This document shows positions 1 to 7,731 of a stretch of 64,000 nucleotides of DNA, piece by piece (position 1 is the stretch's first letter; every line of letters begins with the position of its first letter). Below the pieces are notes generated by a model that worked only from the letters and a program-made list of their open reading frames with translations, did not search any database and was not told the origin of the DNA. Source of the DNA: Candidatus Latescibacterota bacterium (GTDB lineage Bacteria; Latescibacterota; UBA2968); assembly GCA_965116885.1 (NCBI GenBank), contig OZ220741.1, forward strand, positions 2,400,001 through 2,464,000, written 5' to 3'. Both the position numbers and the translations under genes were made by a program.

Positions 1-1
1 G

Positions 2-1231
2 ACATTTGAGACCATAGGTTCTTCGTTGGCCTGGTTTGAGCAGCAATCGTTTGATGCAGTGGTCATGTTTGAACCGAATGTAGATGATCTGGTGTTTTTT
101 CGGCATGTTTGTCCGGCACCGATTATAATTCGTTTGTCGTGCTGTTTTGGCCGTAACCGCGAATTTTTGAACAAAGTGCTGAACTGTTATTCCCTATTGC
201 GCCCTTACGATGCCTTGTCCCCCAAGTCTCAATGGTGTGCTGAGGAACTGAGCAAGTATGTGTTTGATGCTTCATATCTCAAGCCGATTACGAATGGAGT
301 GGATTTAGAGACGTTCAAGCCTTCAGACAAGCTGAACGCGAAAAAGCGACTTGCCGAGGTGACAGGAGACAATCGCTTTGTAGAGATGCCCGTTGTGGGA
401 CTTTGTTCGCGGTTTGAACCGGGAAAAGGAGCATATCCGTTTTTACGTGCGGCAGATCTCAATCCCAATGTGCTTTTCGCTGTTATCGGCAAGCAGTTTG
501 CACCCGTGACACATCCCGTAAATGTGGCCTTTCTTGGTTCCCAGCCCTATACCCAGATGCCACTGTTTTACAATGCGCTGGATGTGCTGTGTGCTTTGTC
601 GGTATATTCTTATGAGTCCTGTCCTTCGGTTGTGCTGGAGGGCATGGCCTGCGGCCTCCCGATTGTTGCAACTCAATTTGCCGGTGCGCCTGAGTTGCTG
701 GATGATTGTGGTCGATTGATAGAGATTGACCGATTCGAGAACGAGCCACTGAATGTCACGGGATATATCGAGCCAGAGATGGTCTCTGAATCGATTTGCG
801 AGTTATTGAGCAGCAAAACTGAACGATTGAAATTGGGATGTAGAGCACGGAAAAGGGCAGAAAGTTTTTCCTGGGATAACATCGCCAATCAGCATGTGAG
901 TCTGATTGAAAATTTATTGAACAAGCGCGATCAACCTGCTTGTTCGGTTCCACTGACAGTACATTTTTCACAAACTTGTGACTCTGAGGGCGATATCAAG
1001 AGTATTCCGAGGGCATTTAATTTTTTTGGAAGACAACAAGGCCCACTACCGCGCATTTCTTTTTTGGGGCAGGATATGACTTTTCTCGAGGGATTTGGGC
1101 TTTATCTGAGCCAGATGCTTCATCCAAACGAAGTCGAAGCAGCGATGATCGGCGTGTGTGGTGATGGCGACACCGCATATAAGGTGCTTCGCAAAATTCG
1201 ACAATTTAACGATATGCTGACAGCACCTTGA
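2..1231 (+). CDS. Glycosyltransferase family 4 (GT-B), 5'-truncated by window edge
   Basis: Frame is open from base 2. Motifs NGVDLETFKP, RFEPGKG, YESCPSVVLEGMACGLPIVAT and FSWDNIA are typical GT4; there is an extra C-terminal region. Confidence 0.85.
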   Translation, partial: TFETIGSSLAWFEQQSFDAVVMFEPNVDDLVFFRHVCPAPIIIRLSCCFGRNREFLNKVLNCYSLLRPYDALSPKSQWCAEELSKYVFDASYLKPITNGVDLETFKPSDKLNAKKRLAEVTGDNRFVEMPVVGLCSRFEPGKGAYPFLRAADLNPNVLFAVIGKQFAPVTHPVNVAFLGSQPYTQMPLFYNALDVLCALSVYSYESCPSVVLEGMACGLPIVATQFAGAPELLDDCGRLIEIDRFENEPLNVTGYIEPEMVSESICELLSSKTERLKLGCRARKRAESFSWDNIANQHVSLIENLLNKRDQPACSVPLTVHFSQTCDSEGDIKSIPRAFNFFGRQQGPLPRISFLGQDMTFLEGFGLYLSQMLHPNEVEAAMIGVCGDGDTAYKVLRKIRQFNDMLTAP

Positions 1232-1324
1232 AAACGCCTTATTTTGGGAAGGAGGTGGTTTTGAGCAAAGAGCCGTGTTGTAATACACAATGTCGTAGTT
1301 CACTGTAAACTGAAAGGAGTAAAG

Positions 1325-1735
1325 ATGTCGATCAATTTGAAGAAGCGAATGACAACAGGTCCCAAGACTGCATTTGTTTCTTGTGTGAATCTCCCTCAGC
1401 AGGAAAGAGATATTACCATGCAAGAGGCAAGGATGATTACTGGTGGTAATACTGACATCGTCGGAGACGAGTATAGAAAGCGCGGCTGGACTCCTCCGCC
1501 TACTATGAATGGCGGAGGGGTTACCCCAAGAGGTGGGGGAGGTAGAGGGAGAGGAACAGGTGGTGTCAAAGCTATTGGTAAACTAGTCAAGTCTTTGACT
1601 TCGAGTTCAGGAGGTTCAGGAGGTTCAGGAGGTTCAGGAGGTTCAGGAGGTGAAGCTACATCCGAGACGTTTGATGATCCTCACAATAGCGAATTGGGCT
1701 ACGATGTAGTTAATGGGCGGCGGGTTTACCATTAA
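1325..1735 (+). CDS. Putative secreted precursor peptide: 41-aa double-glycine leader plus Gly/Ser-rich core
   Basis: RBS AAAGGAG upstream. Residues 30-41 ITMQEARMITGG match the LSxxELxxIxGG consensus. A C39-ABC transporter lies downstream. Confidence 0.75.
   Translation: MSINLKKRMTTGPKTAFVSCVNLPQQERDITMQEARMITGGNTDIVGDEYRKRGWTPPPTMNGGGVTPRGGGGRGRGTGGVKAIGKLVKSLTSSSGGSGGSGGSGGSGGEATSETFDDPHNSELGYDVVNGRRVYH
1607..1651 (+). repeat. Perfect 9-bp tandem repeat (TCAGGAGGT)x5 encoding (SGG)5
   Basis: Read directly; in frame with the precursor ORF. Confidence 0.95.
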
Positions 1736-1937
1736 CTTCGTTGTAAATACAAGTACTGAAAAATGCTAAAAGCAGATAGTGAACCATAGACCTGCCGGGA
1801 TAACCAAGGTTCAAAGGGTTTGACAGTTCCAGAATATTCGAGGACTTCCAAAACGTTTTTGGTAAATCTCAATGGATTATATTGTAGGCTTTGAATTAGA
1901 CTTTCAAGGCCTACAATATTTACAGGTTTATAGGCAT

Positions 1938-3314
1938 ATGAATTCCTTATATCAAACACGCAAGTTTTTCTGTATAGCAGCATTCGTGTTATTTCTATAT
2001 GCGCCAACATTTGGGCAAAATAATAGCACAGGGAGTTTGACAAAGTACGAATTAATAAAAAAAAGAAATTTAACTGATGGATTGGAAGTTGCCGAATATA
2101 GACTTAAAAATGGACTTCGGGTTGTGATTGTCAAAGATACTACAGAACCGATTTTCGCTTATCAGACATTTTTTCGAGTAGGATCGGTGCATGAACCCCC
2201 AGGTCGTCAGGGTATCGCACATTTTTTAGAGCATCTTATGTTTCGAACACGAATAGATACTTCTACAATTAGCGATCTTTCCAAAATGGTCAAACTAAAA
2301 GGCGGAAGAGATTTTAATGCTGGAACGTCAAGAGATGGAACAGTATTTCATGTTCTTCTTCCAAAAGATCAACTCGAATTTATTATAGAAATCGAATCGC
2401 GTCGTATGGCAGACCTGAGTATTTCACCTGAAATGTATATCAACGAAAAAGAGGCTATTCTCACTGAAAAATCTACTGAGAATGCAGATCCTATCAATTA
2501 TTTGTGGAATGCGATATACAGATCGCTATATACTGTCCACAACTATCGAAATTCGGTTATAGGAGAAGCAGAAACAATCGAGAACGTGACATTAGATGAC
2601 ATAATGGATTTTCATAGAATTTTTTTTAAACCCAACAATGCGTTGATTGTTGTCGCTGGTGATTTTGTTCCTGAAGACGTCATTGAGTTGATTGACAAAT
2701 ACTATGGTCATATACCGACTGGAAAAAAAATAAAAGGCTATAAAATATTGGAACCAAAACCTGAACAAGACCGAATTTTGACATTGATGCATCCTAAGAC
2801 CCAATTATATACTATATCAAATATATGTCGGCTGCCGGATATTGAAGAACGAGATCGCATTGTGCTTTCTATATTCGCCCACCTCATGGAATTGACACTA
2901 AAAGCCCAATTGGAAAATGCATCTATCGTTACAATACGGGTTTCGCCTCGGGTACATGCGTATGACTATTTCTTTATTTTTGTTCTTCAGTCAACCGAGA
3001 AAATAGAAGTAAAAAAGATACAAAACACCCTTGATCAGATATTCGATTTTTTTCGAGATGATGTTAATGAAACACTGCTCAAGGTTGCGATAGAAGAATA
3101 TAGACAAAGCCTGTACTTTATTTATTCCCAACAACAGGAATTGGCAAAATTATTAGGCGAAAGTTATCTAAAAACTGGCGATCCCCTTTCGGGTATTGAT
3201 GTTTTGAATGCCATTGATCAAGTGGGCGTTGAAAATATAAAAAGGGTTGTAAAACAATACTTTTACAATCAGCCGATGCATACGACTTTGCTATCTCCTG
3301 ACGATTTTGAGTAG
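1938..3314 (+). CDS. M16 (pitrilysin/insulinase) zinc peptidase, catalytic subunit, probably exported
   Basis: Inverted zinc motif HFLEH, LKNGLRVV, FNAGTS, FKPNNALIVVAGDF. Signal-peptide-like N-terminus from ATG 1938 (track start 1872). Confidence 0.9.
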   Translation: MNSLYQTRKFFCIAAFVLFLYAPTFGQNNSTGSLTKYELIKKRNLTDGLEVAEYRLKNGLRVVIVKDTTEPIFAYQTFFRVGSVHEPPGRQGIAHFLEHLMFRTRIDTSTISDLSKMVKLKGGRDFNAGTSRDGTVFHVLLPKDQLEFIIEIESRRMADLSISPEMYINEKEAILTEKSTENADPINYLWNAIYRSLYTVHNYRNSVIGEAETIENVTLDDIMDFHRIFFKPNNALIVVAGDFVPEDVIELIDKYYGHIPTGKKIKGYKILEPKPEQDRILTLMHPKTQLYTISNICRLPDIEERDRIVLSIFAHLMELTLKAQLENASIVTIRVSPRVHAYDYFFIFVLQSTEKIEVKKIQNTLDQIFDFFRDDVNETLLKVAIEEYRQSLYFIYSQQQELAKLLGESYLKTGDPLSGIDVLNAIDQVGVENIKRVVKQYFYNQPMHTTLLSPDDFE

Positions 3315-3325
3315 AGGAATAGAAA

Positions 3326-4663
3326 ATGGTGTATTCGAGCAGGTTTCGATTTCTCAGTGGAATTGTAGTTTCAATTTTCCTGTTTGTGTGTTGTCAACCA
3401 GAACCGAGTAGCATAACGCAAAAGTTATATTATCAGAATGATAAACGTGTCCCGATGACGTATATCAATCTGATTATACGAGATATAAGGCAAAAAGATA
3501 AATTGAAGGACTTAGTTTCGATCCTATTGTTTGATTATCCCAACAAAGTTGTCGAAGAAATCCTCCTGCAAGGATTTGTCTCAGGCGCAAGGTGGGAGTC
3601 TTTAACGAGTCCAGATGTTTTTGAAATCAGAATATCAACCCCGAGCAAGCATCTTCGTCAAGTTCTTTCAGATACGCACAAAATCCTATATGAAACAGAT
3701 TTTTCGATAATTGACATTGAATTGGCTAAAGCGCAGCTATATCACAAGCAGAAGAAAGATATTCAGGAAAATTTTTTCAATGCAGTCGTTTGGTATGGTC
3801 TCAAAAAGAGTACGGATTTTCTGGGATTGACGCCCTTATCGGAGTTGGAAGGAATTACAGGACGGGATGTGCAGCATTGCTATGAACAAATGCTCGCTTC
3901 GCCCTTTTATTTTTCAGTGATTTCGGATCTTCCCAGAGGAGAGGTCGAAAGTGCCTTAGCGATCTTCGCAAAAAATACCCAACTCGAAGAAATGGAGCGC
4001 AATACTGGGGGATCGACTTGGGAGTTGTCGGGCAGACAGGTTTTGATCGTCAATACGCCTGGCACTGATATTGATGAGTGTTATTGGATATTGAAAGGTC
4101 TTGATCGTCGAGATCCAGATTATTTGGTACTTCGGGTTATTGTCGATGCAATTGGGGGAGATTTTGATAGTCTTTTATATGAAGTTTTACGTGAAGAAAA
4201 AGGCTTATGTTATGCAGCGAATGCTGCCATTGAGAATTGGTTGAAGCCTGGTTATATCAGCTTTTATGCCAATCCTAGAACGGAAAATACAGCGAAATTA
4301 GTCCATGAGCTTTTTTTGCTCATAGACGATTTCAGTAAAGAGAAACGTTTTTGGCAAAAAATAGAAGATAGTAAAATAAAATTAAAATATCAGTATGTTT
4401 ACACACAAATGCTTGAAGAAAAACTCAATAGACAAATTCAACGCGATTTATACGGTGTCCCTTTATTAGAACAAGAGGATTTCGAAAAGAAAATAGATGA
4501 GATAGACGAGGAACGAGTACGAAAAGTTTTAGCAAAGGTTTTTTCTACGCAAAATATTTTTATGATTTTTGTTGGAAATGCAGATCGTTTAAGCAAAATT
4601 GCAAATCAAGTTATAGAAGAAAAAAAAGTAGAAATATTCAATCGCGCGTTTTTTGATTGGTAA
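3326..4663 (+). CDS. M16 peptidase-like non-catalytic partner subunit, possible lipoprotein
   Basis: GGDFDSLLYEVLREEKGLCY C-domain motif and no HxxEH. Hydrophobic N-terminus ends in VCC. 11 bp from the upstream M16 gene. Confidence 0.75.
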   Translation: MVYSSRFRFLSGIVVSIFLFVCCQPEPSSITQKLYYQNDKRVPMTYINLIIRDIRQKDKLKDLVSILLFDYPNKVVEEILLQGFVSGARWESLTSPDVFEIRISTPSKHLRQVLSDTHKILYETDFSIIDIELAKAQLYHKQKKDIQENFFNAVVWYGLKKSTDFLGLTPLSELEGITGRDVQHCYEQMLASPFYFSVISDLPRGEVESALAIFAKNTQLEEMERNTGGSTWELSGRQVLIVNTPGTDIDECYWILKGLDRRDPDYLVLRVIVDAIGGDFDSLLYEVLREEKGLCYAANAAIENWLKPGYISFYANPRTENTAKLVHELFLLIDDFSKEKRFWQKIEDSKIKLKYQYVYTQMLEEKLNRQIQRDLYGVPLLEQEDFEKKIDEIDEERVRKVLAKVFSTQNIFMIFVGNADRLSKIANQVIEEKKVEIFNRAFFDW

Positions 4664-4734
4664 CAGGTGTTACACAATTTACAGGAATGGACTTGAGCTG
4701 TTCTAACTTTTGATTGGATGCTAAAAAAAGTGTG

Positions 4735-7728
4735 ATGAATATAGACCAGATATTTCAAGAACTGAATATAAAAGGCGAATTGGTATCGTTTGACCTGGGA
4801 ACAGTGGTTTTTAATCAGGGCCAATCTGATGATGGCTTGTATGTCGTCAAGTCGGGCCGCTTGCGAGTGTTGAAAGAGGATGAGGAAGGACAGTCAGAGA
4901 CGTTAGGGTATCTGTATGAAGGCGATCATTTCGGTGAGGGGGCGTTGTTGACAAGCAAGGGGCATCGGGCGACGGTGCGAGCAGCCGAAGATTCTGAAGT
5001 GCTTCGCATCAAGCCTGAAGATTTTCAAAGAGTAATAAAAAATGACCCAGAACTCAAAACGTACTTTGAAGATCAGATCGCGCATATTGCGTATCGGGAC
5101 TTTACGCGGTTTTTGAAGGGGGGAAGCGATCAGGTGTCCGCAGAGGCAATGCAGCACCTGTTCGGTAATCTAAAACGACAGGTGTATCAATCAAGCGAAA
5201 CGGTAGTTAAACGTGGCGATATGGGGAGCGGACTTTATCTGGTCGGTGGAGGCGAATTGGAGGCGGTTGGGCAGGATAGTGAAACAATAGTTCTAAATCC
5301 GGGCGATTTTTTTGGCGATCAGGCATTGATAGATGGCATCGTGGAACCCTTTACGGTAAGTGCCCAAAATTATTGTGTTCTGTTTCAATTAGATAAAAGT
5401 GATTTTTATGAAGTTATAGCTTCGATTCCAGCGTTGGAATCGGGACTCGAAGCCGGGCGTTGTGTTCAAAAAGTGGAAGCAGAAGACGATGAGCCACAGG
5501 TGGAATCGACAAATGGAACTCCCGACAATGTGCATCTGCTTGATCACGCGCCTGAAGCAGGTCGTCCACCCCGATCTTTCCAATTTCCATTTTTGAAACA
5601 GCACGATCAGTCGGATTGTGGCGCAGCGTGTTTGGGCATGATTTGTAAGTATTACAAGATGCCGATTGGATTGAACAGACTGCGCGATATGTCCAATGTG
5701 TCGCGGTCTGGCACGTCAATGGCCGCGCTGGCCGAAGCAGCAGAGACATTGGGGTTTCTGACGCGGGGCGTGCGAACGGGATATGAGAAACTGATGCATA
5801 CGGAATTGCCAGCCATTTTGCACTGGAAAGGCAATCACTTTGTGGTGTTGTTCAAAACCGCAAAAGACCAGGTGAGAATTGCCGATCCTGCAGTGGGGGT
5901 TCGCAAGTTATCTCGCAAGGAATTTGAGGCCGAGTGGACCGGTGTGGCTTTGCTCATAGAATACACAGATCAAGTTGCCGAAAATGAGCCTTCTCGCACG
6001 ACTTTTCGCCGTTTTATACCGTATGTCAGACCGTATGTTCGCAGTTTGTGTGAGATTTTTCTGGCCTCGTTGGTGATGAGTCTTTTTGGGTTGGCGTCAC
6101 CACTTTTTACTCAGACGATAGTGGATCAGGTGCTGGTACATCACGATCGGGATTTATTGAATTTGATGCTTGCAGGGATGGTTGTCATCGCATTGTTCCA
6201 GATGCTTGTTTCATCCCTGCGGACGTATCTGGTCACTTATATGAGTACGCGGTTGAGTATGACGCTACTCTCCCGGTTTTACCAGCATTTGTTATCGTTG
6301 CCGATGCGGTTTTTCGCGTTGCGAAAGACGGGTGACTTGACAACGCGTTTTGGGGAAAATGCCACGATTCAAGCTTTGCTGACCGGCACGGTTGTTTCGC
6401 TCATTCTCGATGTGATTGTACTGTTTGTCTATCTGAGTTTGATGGTCTATTACCATCTCCAATTGACACTGGTGGTTCTGGCTTTTATTCCGCTTTCTAT
6501 TGTTTTGACACTGGTCTATACACCTATTCTCAAATCTCTCAGTCAGCGCGCATTTCTCGCACGGGCTGAGCAGTCATCCGTACTGATTGATTCATTGCGC
6601 GGGATTGATACGGTTAAGACACTGGCTATAGAGCGTTCCACGCGGTGGCGATGGGAAGAGCGTTATATGAAATCGATTCAGATAGGGTTTTCGGGTATGA
6701 AGATCGGGCTGTTATTCGGGTCAGCAGGTGGGCTGATGAACCTTTTCAGTAGCACGTTTATTTTATGGTACGGCGCGACATTGGTGATGGATGGCGAGCT
6801 TTCTGTGGGGCAGTTGATGGCTTTTAATTCACTGATTGGCAATGTAACCGGGCCGATTATGGGGCTGATTGGACTGTGGCCGCAGGTGCAGGAGGCGCGG
6901 ATTGCGCTGGATCGGTTAAATGATGTGTACGAAACGCCGATGGAGACATCGCGTCAAGGTGCTTATGGTATTGTGCTTTCGGGTGTTGAGGGTCGCATTG
7001 TATTTGAAAAGGTGTTTTTCCGATACGGTTCGGGTTCTGATGAGCCTTATGTGTTGAGCGATATTAGTTTGACGACAGAACCCGGACAAAAGGTGGCTAT
7101 TGTGGGGCGCAGCGGAGCGGGTAAAACAACGCTGGTGAAGTTGATCCCCCGATTTTTTGACCCCACGGAAGGGCGTGTGACCATAGATGGAATGGATGTG
7201 CGGGACTTTGATCCGGGCTGGTTGCGGCAGCAGGTCGGCATGATTTTACAGGAGTCGGTGCTTTTCAGTGGTACTATAGCCGAGAATATCGCGCTGGGGC
7301 AGGAGGATGTGGATATGGATCGGGTTCTGGAAGTGGCGCGGTTGGCGTGCGTACACGAATTTGTCGGTGACATGCCTCTGGGATACGAGACAAAGGTGGG
7401 AGAGCAGGGCATGGGGCTTTCAGGGGGACAGCAGCAACGCATTGCAATAGCCCGTGCGCTGTATCACGATCCAAAAATCCTGATTTTTGACGAGGCGACC
7501 AATGCTCTGGATACGGAATCAGAACAGGCGATTCAGGAGAATCTGGAGATTATTTTGAAAGATCGGACAGCTTATGTAATCGCGCATCGGTTGAGTACGG
7601 TGCAAAATGCCGATTGGATTGTGGTGCTGGATAAGGGGCATGTGATTGAGCAAGGCACACACGGTGAGTTGATGGACAAGCAGGGATTGTATCATCATCT
7701 TTTGGGACAGCAGTTGCAGGGTGTATGA
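4735..7728 (+). CDS. Peptidase-containing ABC transporter (2x cNMP-binding + C39 peptidase + TMD + NBD), HlyB/HetC-like
   Basis: FGEGALL..RATVRA (cNMP). QHDQSDCGAACL / NHFVV / IADP (C39 Cys-His-Asp). GRSGAGKT, LSGGQQQR, FDEAT, IAHRLST (ABC). Track start 4714. Confidence 0.95.
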   Translation: MNIDQIFQELNIKGELVSFDLGTVVFNQGQSDDGLYVVKSGRLRVLKEDEEGQSETLGYLYEGDHFGEGALLTSKGHRATVRAAEDSEVLRIKPEDFQRVIKNDPELKTYFEDQIAHIAYRDFTRFLKGGSDQVSAEAMQHLFGNLKRQVYQSSETVVKRGDMGSGLYLVGGGELEAVGQDSETIVLNPGDFFGDQALIDGIVEPFTVSAQNYCVLFQLDKSDFYEVIASIPALESGLEAGRCVQKVEAEDDEPQVESTNGTPDNVHLLDHAPEAGRPPRSFQFPFLKQHDQSDCGAACLGMICKYYKMPIGLNRLRDMSNVSRSGTSMAALAEAAETLGFLTRGVRTGYEKLMHTELPAILHWKGNHFVVLFKTAKDQVRIADPAVGVRKLSRKEFEAEWTGVALLIEYTDQVAENEPSRTTFRRFIPYVRPYVRSLCEIFLASLVMSLFGLASPLFTQTIVDQVLVHHDRDLLNLMLAGMVVIALFQMLVSSLRTYLVTYMSTRLSMTLLSRFYQHLLSLPMRFFALRKTGDLTTRFGENATIQALLTGTVVSLILDVIVLFVYLSLMVYYHLQLTLVVLAFIPLSIVLTLVYTPILKSLSQRAFLARAEQSSVLIDSLRGIDTVKTLAIERSTRWRWEERYMKSIQIGFSGMKIGLLFGSAGGLMNLFSSTFILWYGATLVMDGELSVGQLMAFNSLIGNVTGPIMGLIGLWPQVQEARIALDRLNDVYETPMETSRQGAYGIVLSGVEGRIVFEKVFFRYGSGSDEPYVLSDISLTTEPGQKVAIVGRSGAGKTTLVKLIPRFFDPTEGRVTIDGMDVRDFDPGWLRQQVGMILQESVLFSGTIAENIALGQEDVDMDRVLEVARLACVHEFVGDMPLGYETKVGEQGMGLSGGQQQRIAIARALYHDPKILIFDEATNALDTESEQAIQENLEIILKDRTAYVIAHRLSTVQNADWIVVLDKGHVIEQGTHGELMDKQGLYHHLLGQQLQGV

Positions 7729-7731
7729 TTT

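Noticed and set aside
1732..2043. 103-aa minus-strand ORF as an immunity gene
   Set aside because: It overlaps the M16 gene antisense and shows no RBS or motif support.
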